A stretch of DNA of 64,000 nucleotides from Actinomycetota bacterium (GTDB lineage: Bacteria > Actinomycetota > Actinomycetes > S36-B12 > GCA-2699445), in assembly GCA_029978705.1 (NCBI GenBank), contig JAPOIY010000004.1:29339-93338 (forward strand). Direction: 5' to 3'. Each line of letters begins with the position of its first letter. Position 1 is the stretch's first letter. A program made the translations under genes and the position numbers. Of the stretch, positions 50,323 through 61,556 are shown one piece after another. The notes beneath the pieces were generated by a model. That model saw only the letters and a program-made list of their open reading frames with translations. It ran no database searches and was not told the origin of the DNA.

Positions 50323-52685
50323 GAGTTCCGCCAGCGGTCGATGAGCGGGGTGAGCGCCAGGACCACGGCGACGCCGACCGCCCCCACGATCGCGGCGGTC
50401 GTCAACTCCTTGCCCAACTCCACGGTCATGGAGAAGAACCGGGCCAGGGCGGGCACCGCGAGGACCACGAGGAACGCCAGCGCCATCGCCAGCACCACGC
50501 CGATGCGGACGGCGTCCAGCGGGCGGGCGGACTGCAGCAGTACACCGAGGGCGACCACGACGAGGGTGCAGGTGGCGTAGGTCTGGGCCGCGACGTCGCC
50601 CACCTCTGCGGTGACCAGTTGGTAGGTCACAAAGGCGCTGGCGGCGCACACGATGCCGGCGGGGACCGCGAACAGCAGCACCCTGCGGAAGAACCCGGGC
50701 CGGAACCGGTCCGTGTTGGGCATGAGGGCGAGGAAGAACCCCGGGATACCGATGGTGAGCGCGGACACGAGCGTGAGCTGCACGGGCTGGAAGGGGAATG
50801 CCACGCCCAGGAGGGCCGTGGCCAGGCTCACGACCATGGCGTAGATCGACTTCGTGAGGAAGACATCGGAGACCCGCTCGATGTTGCCGAGCACCCGCCG
50901 ACCCTCGAAGACGATCTGCGGCAGCGTCGACCACTTGTTGTCGAGCAGGACGATCTGAGCGACGGCGCGGGTGGCAGGCGCCCCGGACCCCATCGCGATG
51001 CCGAGGTCGGACTTCTTCAGCGCGAGCACGTCGTTCACGCCGTCACCGGTCATCGTGACGGTGTGCCCGCGCTCCTGCAGGGCGGCCACCATGTCCTGCT
51101 TCTGGTCGGGGGTGACGCGTCCGAACACGCTGTGACTGTCCAGGACCTCACCCATGGCGGCCAGGTCGGTCGGCAGTTCGCGGGCGTCCACGGGATCCCC
51201 GGCGTCCGGGACCCCGGCTCGGGAGGCGATCGCGCCTACCGTTGCCGCGTTGTCGCCCGAGATCACCTTGACGGCGACGCCCTGCTGGGTGAAGAACTCG
51301 ACCGTCCCGGCTGCCTCGGAGCGCAGTTGCTGATCGATGACGACCAGAGCCAGCGGCAGCATGGCGGGGAGCGGGGCGTCCGCGTGCACGGCGCCGCCGT
51401 CCGCCTCGGCCAGCAGCAGCACCCGGGCACCGTCGTCGGCGAAGGCGCGGGCCTGTTCCGTCCACGGCTGGGAACCGCTGTCCGGCACCACCATCTCCGG
51501 GGCACCGATGACGAACGTGCCCTGCGGATAGGTGGCGCTGGACCACTTGCGGGCGGACGAGAACGGCACCGCATCCGTCATCTGCCACCCCGGATCCGGG
51601 CAGTCCTTGCGGATGGCGTCCATGGTCGGGTTGGGGCGGGGGTCCGCGCTACCCAGCGCACCGAGGATCTGGCGGATCCGGTGGTCGTCGGGGCCACCCA
51701 GCGCCACGACCTCCCGCAGCGACATACCGGGGTCGGTGAGTGTCCCGGTCTTGTCCACACACACCACGTCGGTGCGGGCCAGCGCCTCGACGGCCGGCAT
51801 CTCCTGGACGAGCGCCTGCCGCCGGGCGAGGCGCACCACCCCCACGGCCATGGCGATGCTGGTCAGCAGCACCAACCCCTCCGGGATCATCGTGATGACA
51901 CCGGCGATGCTGCCCTGGATGGCCAGGTCGAGCGGCTGGTTGGCGCGCACCTGGCTGATCACCAGGAGGACGCCGATGGGGATGATCAGGAACGACACGA
52001 TGCGGATGAAGCGGTTGACGGAGTCGCGCAGTTCGGAACTCGAGAGGGCGAACTGTTTGGCTGCGGCAGTCAGGCCCGCCGCGAAGGAGTCCGCGCCGAC
52101 CTTGGTCGCCACCATGAGGCCCGACCCCGCGGCCACGAATGACCCGCTGAGGGCGGCATCGCCCGGCTCCTTGGGCACCGCGTCGGCCTCGCCGGTGAGC
52201 AGGCTCTCATCCACCTCGAGGCCGCGGCTGCGCACGATCTCGCCGTCGACGACCAGCTGGTCCCCGGCGTTGAGGAGGACGAGGTCGTCCCGCACGATGG
52301 CCGACACCGCCACCTGGGTCTCGGCGCCATCCCGGATCACGGTGGGACGCACCTCTCCGATGACGCTGAGCTTCGCCAACTCGCGGGAGGCCCGGTACTC
52401 CTGGATGACACCGATGGCGGTGTTGAAGACGATCACGAGCCCGAAGAGGGCCTGCTTGGGTGGCGCCACCAGCATCATCAGCACCCACAGGGACCCGATG
52501 AGGCCGTTGAACCACGTGAACGTGTTCGCCCGGATGATGTCGCCGAGGCTGCGGCTGCGCGCGTCGGGTGCGTTGTTGGCGAGTCCGGCGGCGACGCGCC
52601 GCTGCACCTCGGCCGTCGTCAACCCGACGTCGACCGGGGGGACGGTGACGGGCACCGCCGGACTGGCCTGCGCGGTGTCGGTCAC
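50319..52685 (-). CDS. P-type cation-transporting ATPase (CtpE-like)
   Basis: [31 protein letters not shown]. Confidence 0.9.
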   Translation of the reverse strand: MTDTAQASPAVPVTVPPVDVGLTTAEVQRRVAAGLANNAPDARSRSLGDIIRANTFTWFNGLIGSLWVLMMLVAPPKQALFGLVIVFNTAIGVIQEYRASRELAKLSVIGEVRPTVIRDGAETQVAVSAIVRDDLVLLNAGDQLVVDGEIVRSRGLEVDESLLTGEADAVPKEPGDAALSGSFVAAGSGLMVATKVGADSFAAGLTAAAKQFALSSSELRDSVNRFIRIVSFLIIPIGVLLVISQVRANQPLDLAIQGSIAGVITMIPEGLVLLTSIAMAVGVVRLARRQALVQEMPAVEALARTDVVCVDKTGTLTDPGMSLREVVALGGPDDHRIRQILGALGSADPRPNPTMDAIRKDCPDPGWQMTDAVPFSSARKWSSATYPQGTFVIGAPEMVVPDSGSQPWTEQARAFADDGARVLLLAEADGGAVHADAPLPAMLPLALVVIDQQLRSEAAGTVEFFTQQGVAVKVISGDNAATVGAIASRAGVPDAGDPVDARELPTDLAAMGEVLDSHSVFGRVTPDQKQDMVAALQERGHTVTMTGDGVNDVLALKKSDLGIAMGSGAPATRAVAQIVLLDNKWSTLPQIVFEGRRVLGNIERVSDVFLTKSIYAMVVSLATALLGVAFPFQPVQLTLVSALTIGIPGFFLALMPNTDRFRPGFFRRVLLFAVPAGIVCAASAFVTYQLVTAEVGDVAAQTYATCTLVVVALGVLLQSARPLDAVRIGVVLAMALAFLVVLAVPALARFFSMTVELGKELTTAAIVGAVGVAVVLALTPLIDRWRNS

Positions 52686-53611
52686 TGGTCGAGCCCGTCG
52701 AGGCGGCGCAGGATGACGCCTTCCCGCAGGGCCCAGGGGCAGATGTCGACCTCCGGGACGCCGAGCAGTTCCATGGCGGCCTCCGCCACGAGTGCCCCGG
52801 CCACCAGTTGCGGGGCCCGACCCTGACTGACGCCCGGCAGTTCGGCGCGCTGAGCCGACGACATGGCCGCGAGCCGGGGCAGCCACTCCGACAGATCGGC
52901 CAACCGCAGTTGGCGCGGGACGAAGGGACCTTCGCTCGAGGGAGCGGCACCGGCGATGCGGGCCAGCTGTTTGAAGGTCTTGGACGTGGCCACGGCCCGC
53001 TCGGCGGAGCCGGTACGCAGGACACGTCCCGTCTCGGCGGCCACGGCCGCCCGGACATGTCGGCGCAACTCGCGCACCTCATCGGGAGTGGCGGGATCGT
53101 GGGGGAGCCACCCGCGGGTCAGATGGCCGGCCCCGAGGGGCATCGAGTACGCCATCTCGGGTTCCTCGTCGTCGCCGAGCGCCACCTCGAGGCTGCCGCC
53201 GCCGATGTCGAGCATGAGCAGGCGCCCGGCCGACCAACCGAACCAGCGCCGGGTGGCGAGGAACGTCAGCCGGGCCTCGTCCTCGCCACTGAGCAGCGTC
53301 GTGGTGACGCCGGTGGCCTTACGCACCTGCTTGAGGACGTCCTCCCCGTTGGTGGCCTCACGGATGGCCGATGTCGCGAACGCCTCGATGCCGGTGACGC
53401 CGAGATCCTCGCCGAGGGCCAAGGACGTTCGCACGAAGTCCACCAGGGTCGTGATGGCCCGGTCATCGATGGCGCCGGAGTCGGTGAGGTGTTCCGAGAG
53501 GCGCAACTCGATCTTGTGTGAGTGCGCGGGCACGGGCGCGGCTCCGTGGTGGGCGTCGACCACGAGCAGATGGACGGTGTTGGACCCTATGTCGATGACG
53601 CCCAGCCGCAT
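52682..53611 (-). CDS. ppx: Ppx/GppA exopolyphosphatase (Rv0496-like)
   Basis: [31 protein letters not shown]. Confidence 0.92.
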   Translation of the reverse strand: MRLGVIDIGSNTVHLLVVDAHHGAAPVPAHSHKIELRLSEHLTDSGAIDDRAITTLVDFVRTSLALGEDLGVTGIEAFATSAIREATNGEDVLKQVRKATGVTTTLLSGEDEARLTFLATRRWFGWSAGRLLMLDIGGGSLEVALGDDEEPEMAYSMPLGAGHLTRGWLPHDPATPDEVRELRRHVRAAVAAETGRVLRTGSAERAVATSKTFKQLARIAGAAPSSEGPFVPRQLRLADLSEWLPRLAAMSSAQRAELPGVSQGRAPQLVAGALVAEAAMELLGVPEVDICPWALREGVILRRLDGLDQ

Positions 53612-53667
53612 GCGCCTACGGTACTCGCCGGTGGCCGAGCGCGTGAGTGCAGCGGGCGGTCTGCGGC

Positions 53668-55437
53668 TCAGCCGGTGCAGGCCGCCTTGAGGGGATCGTT
53701 GTAGAAGAAGTGGCGGGGGTCCACGGCCTGGCCGTCGACGTTGACCTGGAAGTGCAGGTGGGGGCCGGACGACAGGCCGGTGGAACCGACCCGGCCGATC
53801 AGCTGCCCGCGTTTGACAACCGCCCCGTTGATCCCGGGGGCGAACTCCGACAGGTGCATGTAGACGGACTCCACTCCTTCGGGGTGGGAGATGCTCACCA
53901 TGTTGCCGGCGCCGCCGTTGTTCGGGTGGGTGACCGCGACACCGTCCGCCACGGCGTAGACGGGGTCACCCATGCCGTCGCCGGTATCCCAGCCGTCATG
54001 GCAGCGGGCGTAGCCGAGGATCGGATGCACCCGCATGCCGGGCTCGGTGCCGGGATTGGTGCGTTCGTCGCGCCAGTCCGCGTCGTCGGTGGGGAACATC
54101 CATCCGCCCGGGGACAGCTGGGCGAGGTCATCGGGGTCGGCCCCGCACTGCCACAGCCCGCCGTCGGCCGCCGGCACGTCGGTGGCGCGCGTCTTCGCAG
54201 AGGGCCGCCCCACCCGCCAGACCCGATCGGTGTCGATCGGGAAGGCGTTGACTCCACCCGACAACGGCTCGGCGGCAACCATCATGTCCGGACTGACAGC
54301 GATGCCGACGTGGTCCACCCCGTGGTTGTCGTCGTAGTAGAAGACGACGTCGCCGGGCAGGATCTGATCGGCGGCAACGGTGCGCATGCCGCCGGCGAGC
54401 CCCGGCACCCCCTGCGGTACGGCGGGCCGGTCGGCCTCGGCGGCGGCACCGGCCGCACCGGGCAGGGTGAGGGCGCGATCGACGAGGGCGGCGCAGTCCA
54501 TCGCCTCGTGGGTGTTGGCCCGCCACTTGTAGCCGGCCCCCAGTCGCGAGACCGCGTAGGTGGCCATGCGCACAGTGCGGTCGGGCAGCAGCAGCACCTG
54601 GTCACCGGTGGCCGCCTTATGCCGTTTCCCCTTCTTGGCATGCGGGTCCCAGTACGCGACCCCGGGCGCTGACTTGCGCACCGTGACCCCGGGCGGGAGC
54701 TTCTTGCCGGTGCGCACCATGCGCGCCGTCACCGTGGGGGCGTTCTCCGCCTCGGGACGGCTGAGCCAGTTGGCCCACGCCTGGGCTGCCTCACTGTTGG
54801 CCTGCTCCTGGTCGCTGGCGCCTCCCAGGCCCGCCGCCAACTGGTCGGCCCATCTGCTCGTGTAGTCGGTGACCTCGGCGAGGGCGTCGGCCTCTGCGGC
54901 CGCAGCCGTCCGCGCAGCTTCGGACGCCTGGTCGCGGGCGGCGGCGGCCTGCTCGGCCTGCTGCTGTACCCGCAGAAGCAATGCCTGGGCCCGGTCGTAC
55001 TGGGTGTCCTTGCTCTCGCCCACCCGTTCGGCCGTGTCGACGCGGCGCATCAGATCGGTCGGCGATCCGGAGTCCAGCAGCCCCGCGAGGAACGCGAGTT
55101 CACTGGGCCCCGAGCGGTAGGCGGCCCGCGCGTAGTCCCCCACGAGGTCCCGCGCCCCGGCGACGGCACCCTTCTGACTGGTGACCTCCGCCTGCGCGCG
55201 CACCGCAGCGGCACTGGCCGCGGCGAAGCGTTTGTCGGCCGCCAGCCGGTGGGCCCGAGCCGTGTCGACGTCGGACAACAACGGGGCGAGGCCCGCGGCC
55301 ATGTCCTCGCCGGCCTGGGTCGGCGACGGCGAGACGTCCGTCGCGTGAGCGGGCGCGATCGGGAGGAGGGCGCACGTGACGGTCGCCGCGACCGCCGTCG
55401 CGGCGACCTGAATCGTGCGGGGAAGACTCACGATCAC
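53668..55437 (-). CDS. Secreted peptidoglycan hydrolase: coiled coil + NlpC/P60 + M23
   Basis: Signal peptide; coiled coil; LGAGYKW..MDCAALV, PGDVVF, HVGI; HDGWD, YMHL, GPHLHF. Confidence 0.85.
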   Translation of the reverse strand: MIVSLPRTIQVAATAVAATVTCALLPIAPAHATDVSPSPTQAGEDMAAGLAPLLSDVDTARAHRLAADKRFAAASAAAVRAQAEVTSQKGAVAGARDLVGDYARAAYRSGPSELAFLAGLLDSGSPTDLMRRVDTAERVGESKDTQYDRAQALLLRVQQQAEQAAAARDQASEAARTAAAAEADALAEVTDYTSRWADQLAAGLGGASDQEQANSEAAQAWANWLSRPEAENAPTVTARMVRTGKKLPPGVTVRKSAPGVAYWDPHAKKGKRHKAATGDQVLLLPDRTVRMATYAVSRLGAGYKWRANTHEAMDCAALVDRALTLPGAAGAAAEADRPAVPQGVPGLAGGMRTVAADQILPGDVVFYYDDNHGVDHVGIAVSPDMMVAAEPLSGGVNAFPIDTDRVWRVGRPSAKTRATDVPAADGGLWQCGADPDDLAQLSPGGWMFPTDDADWRDERTNPGTEPGMRVHPILGYARCHDGWDTGDGMGDPVYAVADGVAVTHPNNGGAGNMVSISHPEGVESVYMHLSEFAPGINGAVVKRGQLIGRVGSTGLSSGPHLHFQVNVDGQAVDPRHFFYNDPLKAACTG

Positions 55438-55556
55438 CTTTCGCCGCCCCCATTGTGACCGGGATCGGGCGGGCGCGGGACCCCAATCGGCAATCTGCGG
55501 GAATCGCTGACCTACCGCGAACAGGAGGCCCGCAGGCGCTGCACTACGCTGCGCAT

Positions 55557-56333
55557 GTGCCTGAGGTCGCTGAGGGGTTCCCGCGTGCCTGGGTGGAGTT
55601 CCCCGATCCGGGGGACGACGACCAGTTGATCAGAGCCGATCTCACGTGGCTGACGTCCCGCTGGACGTGTATCTACGGGCGGGGCTGCCGCGGCATCGAC
55701 AGCGCCGTCCCCGCGGCAGGGTGCTGCACCCACGGAGCCCACTTCGCGGACAAGGCCGACGAGAAGCGGGTCCGCCGCTGGGTCGAGCAGCTGACCCCCG
55801 CCGACTGGGAACTGTTCCCCGCCGACGGCCGGATCCGCAACCGGGTCTGGATCGAGAAGGACGACGAGGACGCCCGCAAGACCCGCGTCGTGGCCGGTGC
55901 CTGCGTCTTCCAGAACTCCCCCGAGTTCCCCACCGGGGCCGGGTGCGCGCTGCACGTCCTCGCCGAACGGCTCGGGGAGTCCTACATCGACACCAAGCCC
56001 GATGTCTGCTGGCAGCTGCCCATCCGGCGGGACTTCGCGTGGCGGGAGGGCAACGACGGGGAGCAGCAGCTGGTGGTGACGATCACCGAGTACACCCGCG
56101 CCATGTGGGGCGCCGGCGGACACGACTTCGACTGGTACTGCTCGGGCAACACCGAGGCGCACGTCTCCCCCGAGCCCGTCTACCGATCCCAGCGTCCGGA
56201 GCTCGTCGCCCTCATCGGCCCAGCCGCCTACGACGAGCTGGTCCGGTTCTGCACGGCCCACGAGGCGGCCACAGCCGCGCTGTCCGTGACGCCCCTGAGC
56301 CGCGATCTCGCGCCACACCCCGCGGATCCCTGA
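55557..56333 (+). CDS. Conserved Cys-rich actinobacterial protein (Rv0495c/DUF3109-like)
   Basis: DLTWLTSRWTCIYGRGC, GCCTHGA, GCALH, KPDVCWQLP. Confidence 0.75.
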   Translation: MPEVAEGFPRAWVEFPDPGDDDQLIRADLTWLTSRWTCIYGRGCRGIDSAVPAAGCCTHGAHFADKADEKRVRRWVEQLTPADWELFPADGRIRNRVWIEKDDEDARKTRVVAGACVFQNSPEFPTGAGCALHVLAERLGESYIDTKPDVCWQLPIRRDFAWREGNDGEQQLVVTITEYTRAMWGAGGHDFDWYCSGNTEAHVSPEPVYRSQRPELVALIGPAAYDELVRFCTAHEAATAALSVTPLSRDLAPHPADP

Positions 56334-56365
56334 GCCTGTCGGATCCCCGACATAGGGTCGGGCCC

Positions 56366-57781
56366 ATGGCCAAGTCCTCCCCATCGTTCGTGTGCTCGCA
56401 GTGCAGTGCCCCGAGTCTGCGCTGGGTCGGCCGCTGTCCGCGCTGCCAGGAGTTCGGCACCATGGTGGAGCAGGCGCAGGGCACCCGGGCGGCCACCGGC
56501 ACGAGAACCCGCAGCGCCAGCGCCCCCACGCGGGCGGCCCGGTCGATCGTGGCGGTGACCGCGCAGCGCACCCCCCGCATCCGCAGCGGCGCCAACGAGT
56601 TCGACCGCGTTCTGGGCGGCGGCATGGTCGCGGGACAGGTGGTGCTCGTCGCCGGGGAACCGGGGGTCGGCAAGTCGACGCTGCTGCTCGAGGTCGCGAA
56701 CCGCTTCGCGCGCAGCCACGAGGGGGCGACCGTCCTCTATGTCTCCGCCGAGGAGTCCTGCGAACAGATCGGGGTCCGCGCGGAGCGCATCGGGGCGACG
56801 GCGCCAGACCTGCTGGTGGCCGACGAGACCGATCTGGGCACCGTCCTGGGGCATATCGAGCACCACAACCCCGCCCTGATCGTCGTCGACTCGGTGCAGA
56901 CCCTCGCGTCGCCCGACGTGGACGGCCGGGCGGGCGGCATCTCGCAAGTGAGCGAGGTCGCCGCCGTCCTCACCCGCCAGGCCAAGGCCCGCGGGGTGCC
57001 GACGCTCCTCGTCGGGCAGAGCACCCGCGAGAACTCGATCGCGGGTCCCCGGGCGCTGGAACACCTGGTGGACACCGTGTTGACGTTCGAGGGCGACCCA
57101 CACACCCAGGTGCGCCTCCTACGGGCGGTGAAGAACCGCTACGGTCCCGCCGACGAGGTGGTCTGCTACGAGCAGACCGAACATGGCCTGTCCGAACTGG
57201 CCGACCCGTCCCAACTGTTCCGGTCCGCCCGGGAGGTTCCGGTTCCCGGCACGTGCGCGACCGTGACGCTGGAGGGGCGCCGCCCGATCTCTGCCGAGGT
57301 CCAGGAGCTGCTGTCGCAGCGCGCCGGCGAACAGGAGAACGGCCGCCGCATCGTGAGCGGCCTGGACGCGTCCCGGGTGACCATGCTCGCCGCGATCTCC
57401 CAGCGCGAGGGCCGGTTGTCGTTCGGGCGATCGGACCTCTACGTGGCGACGGTGGCGGGCCTGCGGCTCACGGACCCGGCCGTGGACCTCGCCGTCTGCC
57501 TCGCCATCCACTCGGCCGCCCGGGACACCGCGGTGGACGCGGAACTGTTGGCGCTGGGAGAGGTCGCCCTGTCCGGCGACGTACGGCCGTGCCACTCCAT
57601 GGCGCAACGCCTCGGCGAAGCCGCCCGGCTGGGATTCCGGGTGGCGCTGGTGCCGGACTCGGCTGACGTCGCCGATGCGCCCCTGCGCACGATGCCGGTC
57701 CGGCGCCTCGCACAGGCCATGGAGATCGTGGCCCGCGACACCATCGTCCTTCAACCGCGGCCCGCCCGGCGCGGCGCCTGA
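56366..57781 (+). CDS. radA: DNA repair protein RadA/Sms
   Basis: C4 Zn finger CSQC..CPRC, GEPGVGKSTL, VDSVQT, KNRYG, Lon-like C-terminus. Confidence 0.93.
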   Translation: MAKSSPSFVCSQCSAPSLRWVGRCPRCQEFGTMVEQAQGTRAATGTRTRSASAPTRAARSIVAVTAQRTPRIRSGANEFDRVLGGGMVAGQVVLVAGEPGVGKSTLLLEVANRFARSHEGATVLYVSAEESCEQIGVRAERIGATAPDLLVADETDLGTVLGHIEHHNPALIVVDSVQTLASPDVDGRAGGISQVSEVAAVLTRQAKARGVPTLLVGQSTRENSIAGPRALEHLVDTVLTFEGDPHTQVRLLRAVKNRYGPADEVVCYEQTEHGLSELADPSQLFRSAREVPVPGTCATVTLEGRRPISAEVQELLSQRAGEQENGRRIVSGLDASRVTMLAAISQREGRLSFGRSDLYVATVAGLRLTDPAVDLAVCLAIHSAARDTAVDAELLALGEVALSGDVRPCHSMAQRLGEAARLGFRVALVPDSADVADAPLRTMPVRRLAQAMEIVARDTIVLQPRPARRGA

Positions 57782-57845
57782 CGCGACCCCTCGCCCGCGC
57801 GATCGGTCGCCGCCCGGCCGCGACCTCGGCAGGATGCCCGCCGGG

Positions 57846-58916
57846 CTAGGGGGAGGGGGTGAGGGTGACCGCTGCGGTGCTCATGATGTGGCACCGGAAT
57901 CCGTAGCGCGGGTTCATCGCCACGACCCAGTGCTCCTTGAGACTGAAGCAGTCGTTGTGACCGTGGACCAGACTCACCCGCTGGTTACCGCCGAAGACCT
58001 CGGTGAACTCCATCGCGGCATCGCTGGGACGGAAGTTGGTCATGGCTGACCAGTCGTACGGCTGGCGATTGAGCCATGCGGCCAGCTCAGGCGGGGTCTT
58101 GTCCCGGTAGCCGGCCACGTCACCTGCCGACGTGCTCAGCGAGCCATCGGCCTTCGCCTTGACCCCGGTGTGGGTGTGAAGCAGGTGGTCAGCCGGGTCG
58201 TAATGGGCCGCAACGAACACGTCGGCCAGCAGTCTTTGGTGATCCTCCGCGGTGTAACGAGCGCGGGACTCGGCCAGGCAGCCCCAGACGACGTTGGTGC
58301 AGCCGGCCGGCTTGTAGTACCACTCATGGTTCCCGGTGATGATGACCGCGCCGTTCTCGCGCAGGGCACGCAGCAGTTTCGCCATCGCCGGGATGTTGTT
58401 GGTCAGGCGGTCGAACACGATGTCTCCGAGCCACACCACCGAACCCCGTTCGACCTGCTGGAAGTGGAGGCTGCCGACGAGTCGCCCCTGGATCGTCTCG
58501 ATCTCACGGCTGGCCTGGTAGGTCTTCAGGCTCTGACCGTTGGCGTGTCGGGCGGACTCCGCCTCCAGGACCAGGAGGGAACAGAGATCCTCGCGATGGC
58601 CCGGCGGAACCGACACCATGCCGGCCCGCATACCGCTCAGCACCGTGCGGGCAAGGCCACCGTCCATGTCCCCGAAGATCGTCACGGGGCGGGTGACCCC
58701 GACGCGGGGTCGGGTGTACGCGGTGACGTCGCCCAGAGGGTCGTAGAAGTCGACGGCCCTGGGAGCGAGTCGTTGCTCCACACACCGGTAGGTCTGGTCG
58801 AGTTGCTCCGCCGGAGAGTCCGCGTTCGCGGAGTCCCCCATAGCCAGTCCCACCACCAGGACAGCAGTCGAACTCAGGGCTGCGAAACCTCGCACGAGGG
58901 AGGTCGTCATACTCAC
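57846..58916 (-). CDS. Secreted atypical metallophosphoesterase-fold protein
   Basis: Signal peptide; FGDMDG, LGDIVFDR, TGNHE, HTHTG, VHGHND. Confidence 0.65.
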   Translation of the reverse strand: MSMTTSLVRGFAALSSTAVLVVGLAMGDSANADSPAEQLDQTYRCVEQRLAPRAVDFYDPLGDVTAYTRPRVGVTRPVTIFGDMDGGLARTVLSGMRAGMVSVPPGHREDLCSLLVLEAESARHANGQSLKTYQASREIETIQGRLVGSLHFQQVERGSVVWLGDIVFDRLTNNIPAMAKLLRALRENGAVIITGNHEWYYKPAGCTNVVWGCLAESRARYTAEDHQRLLADVFVAAHYDPADHLLHTHTGVKAKADGSLSTSAGDVAGYRDKTPPELAAWLNRQPYDWSAMTNFRPSDAAMEFTEVFGGNQRVSLVHGHNDCFSLKEHWVVAMNPRYGFRCHIMSTAAVTLTPSP

Positions 58917-59101
58917 TCCCTCGCAGGCCGTCGCGGGAACCTCGGCCCGGGTTCATCCCAGACCATCGACTCCCGAGACTCAGAGGCTATCAACCGGGAG
59001 AGTCACGGCACCCATCACCAGACTGCCCGCGACTGGCTCAGGGCGCGAAGCCCGCCGGCCAGCGGGTCGTGTCGTCCCACTGCGAGGGGGCGAAGTGTTG
59101 C

Positions 59102-59719
59102 CTACTGGAGGGTGAGGGACACGGGCTCGCTGCGCACCTTGCCGTTGCGGCCCTCCGCCTCGTAGGTGCCCGCGGAGACGGGGGGGCCCTCGCTGGCGCA
59201 CCCGGGTTCGCTGGGGGTCCGCGGCCAGTCGACGGTCACGGTGGCGGACTCTCCCGGCTTGAGGGTGACGAGGTCCGGTTCCCCGGCCCCGGTGCAGTCG
59301 TCAGACGACCAGATCTGGGCTCCCCCCGAGGAGATCGTGATCTCGTTGGCGGCGGAGCCGACGTCCCGCTCGCACGACAGGGTCCCGGTGTTGGTGATGC
59401 TCATCGTCAGTTTCGGGTCCACCCCGGCCGGATACGACTCGGCGGAGCTGGTGACGGCCACCCTCACGTCGGTGTCTTCGCAGCCCGATCCGGACGCCGA
59501 CACCGACGGACTCGAGGACGCAGACAGCGTGGGGGACGGCACCGGCGACGGGCTGGCCACCGGGGCGGCCGCGGGCTCCTGCTCCGGCTCGGCACCACAC
59601 CCGCGCAGCAGGAGGAACAGGACGATCAGGACGGCGAGGGCTATGCCACCCACCAGGGCCCGCCGTTTCCAGTAGACCCCTGGCTCCTCGGGCCCGACGG
59701 GCTTGATCACCGAACTCAC
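59102..59719 (-). CDS. Conserved membrane-anchored protein (Rv3587c-like)
   Basis: PVGPE.PGVYWKRR, TM, C..DVG, IWSSDDC; usual neighbour of radA/disA. Confidence 0.75.
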   Translation of the reverse strand: MSSVIKPVGPEEPGVYWKRRALVGGIALAVLIVLFLLLRGCGAEPEQEPAAAPVASPSPVPSPTLSASSSPSVSASGSGCEDTDVRVAVTSSAESYPAGVDPKLTMSITNTGTLSCERDVGSAANEITISSGGAQIWSSDDCTGAGEPDLVTLKPGESATVTVDWPRTPSEPGCASEGPPVSAGTYEAEGRNGKVRSEPVSLTLQ

Positions 59720-59842
59720 AGGTCAACGGTAATCGGCCCGTGCCCGGATCCGGACACCGGCTGGCGCCTGTCGTATCCCGATGTGGCAACTGTCACCCGA
59801 ACGCCGTCCCCACCGGAGCCCGGCAACCGACAGCCGGCTGGG

Positions 59843-60598
59843 CTACGCCACGCTCCAGCCGCCGTCGACGGTCACCACGGCGCCGTTGACGTTGCCCGCC
59901 TCGCTGCTGGCCAGCCAGGAGATGGCGGCCGCGATCTGGTCGGGCTCCGCGACCGCGCCCATCGTCGCGAGGGCCGTCGCCGCTCGTTCCATGGCCCAGT
60001 CGCTGCGCGGCGCCGACGTCTCACCGATAGCGGTGGCGACCGCCCCCGGGCAGACCGCGTTCGAGCGGATCCCCTGCGGTCCGTAGAACCAGGCGATGTG
60101 TTTCGCCAGTCCGAGGACGCCGTGTTTCGAGGCGGTGTACGCGGCCCCGGAGACCCCGGCCGACAGCGACCCCTTGGACCCGACGGTGACCACGGCACCT
60201 CCCCCGGACGCCAGCATCAGCGGGAGGACCGCGCGGGTCAGACGCATGACGCCGGTCAGATTGACGCCGAGCACGTCCTCCCACAGGGCATCGTCCAGTT
60301 CCGTCACCGGGACGAAGTGGTCCATGATCCCGGCGTTGTTGACCAGGACGTCGATCCCGGACCGGCCCTCCACCATGGCCGCGATGTCGGCGTCGCTGCG
60401 CACGTCTCCGGGGAAGACCTCGAGCATGTCGGGGCCCGCGCCGGCCTCGGTGTACAGGGTGGCCAGTCCGTCCTCGTCGGCGTCGAACCCGGTGACGTGG
60501 GCGCCCTCCGCCAACAGTCGCAGGACGGTAGCGCGTCCGATTCCCGACCCGGCACCTGAGACCAGCGCCCGTTTTCCGGCATGTCGCTTGGCATCCAT
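59843..60598 (-). CDS. Short-chain dehydrogenase/reductase
   Basis: SGAGSGIG, NNAG, YTASK, NAVCPG, VDGGW. Confidence 0.92.
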   Translation of the reverse strand: MDAKRHAGKRALVSGAGSGIGRATVLRLLAEGAHVTGFDADEDGLATLYTEAGAGPDMLEVFPGDVRSDADIAAMVEGRSGIDVLVNNAGIMDHFVPVTELDDALWEDVLGVNLTGVMRLTRAVLPLMLASGGGAVVTVGSKGSLSAGVSGAAYTASKHGVLGLAKHIAWFYGPQGIRSNAVCPGAVATAIGETSAPRSDWAMERAATALATMGAVAEPDQIAAAISWLASSEAGNVNGAVVTVDGGWSVA

Positions 60599-60617
60599 GT
60601 GTCTGCCCCCCTCCCCC

Positions 60618-61502
60618 TCAGTGTGCCTCGCGCCCCGGGAGGCTGGCCACATCCCGCTCGATCACGAGCAGCCCGTCCTCGGCCAGCGATCGCAGGGCGC
60701 GGCGGGACTGGCGACCGTCGGGCCACAGTCCCGCCAAGGACTCCAGAGGCAGCGGCTCTGAAGCATCCCGCAACGCCGCCATCAGGACGCCCCGGACCTG
60801 GCGGTCGCTCCCGGCGAACGGCGCCTGGCGGGGCAGCGGGGTCTCGCTGGCCGGACGCCCCAGCTCCAGCCACAGACAGTGGGCCGCCACCGGGCAGCCG
60901 CCGCAGTCGGGGGACCGGGCGGTGCACACGAGGGCCCCGAACTCCATGAGTGCCTCGCTCAGGTCGGCCGCGTCCTCCGGAGCAGCCGGCAGACTTTCGC
61001 CGAGGTGCTGCCGCTCGGCGCGGGCGACCGTCGCCGTCCCGGGTGCGGCCTCACCCGCGGTGACCCTGGCGATCACGCGCCGCACGTTGGTGTCGAGGAC
61101 GGGGATCCGGTGTCGGTAGGCGAAGGCGAGAACGGCCGATGCCGTGTAGTCGCCCACGCCGGGCAGGGCGACCAGGTCCTCGTAGCGCTCGGGAACCCGT
61201 CCGTCGTGCCGGTGGGTGACAGCGACGGCGGCCCCGTGCAGCCGCAGCGCCCGGCGGGGGTAGCCGAGGCGGTCCCACATCCGCACGGCCTCGCCGGGGG
61301 AGTCGTTGGCCAGGTCCGGCGCGGTGGGCCACCTCTGCAGCCAGGCTCGGTAAGCCGGTAGGACCCGCGCGACCGGGGTCTGCTGCAGCATGACCTCGCT
61401 CACCAGCACCCCCCACGGGTCGCGCGGCTCGCCCCGCCACGGCAGGTCCCGCCGGTGTGCGGCGAACCAGTGCGCCACCTCGTCCAGCCACACCTGCGTC
61501 AC
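60618..61502 (-). CDS. mutY: A/G-specific adenine glycosylase MutY (short actinobacterial form)
   Basis: SEVMLQQT, LGYPRRA, LPGVGDYTA, DTNVRR, CX6CX2CX5C. Confidence 0.92.
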   Translation of the reverse strand: MTQVWLDEVAHWFAAHRRDLPWRGEPRDPWGVLVSEVMLQQTPVARVLPAYRAWLQRWPTAPDLANDSPGEAVRMWDRLGYPRRALRLHGAAVAVTHRHDGRVPERYEDLVALPGVGDYTASAVLAFAYRHRIPVLDTNVRRVIARVTAGEAAPGTATVARAERQHLGESLPAAPEDAADLSEALMEFGALVCTARSPDCGGCPVAAHCLWLELGRPASETPLPRQAPFAGSDRQVRGVLMAALRDASEPLPLESLAGLWPDGRQSRRALRSLAEDGLLVIERDVASLPGREAH

Positions 61503-61556
61503 GGGGAGAGCGTGCCACGACCTGTCATGGGCGGCGCGCGCAGGAGATGATCGAGG

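Noticed and set aside
55438..55556. Possible c-di-AMP (ydaO) riboswitch upstream of the cell-wall hydrolase
   Set aside because: The spacer is only about 120 bp, holds divergent promoter hexamers, and shows no recognisable consensus. An Infernal/Rfam scan would be decisive.
58917..59101. 185-bp spacer with a weak inverted repeat (GACTCCCG..CGGGAGAGTC) as an ncRNA or insertion scar
   Set aside because: No known motif, terminal inverted repeats or target-site duplication; it is compatible with an ordinary promoter or leader.
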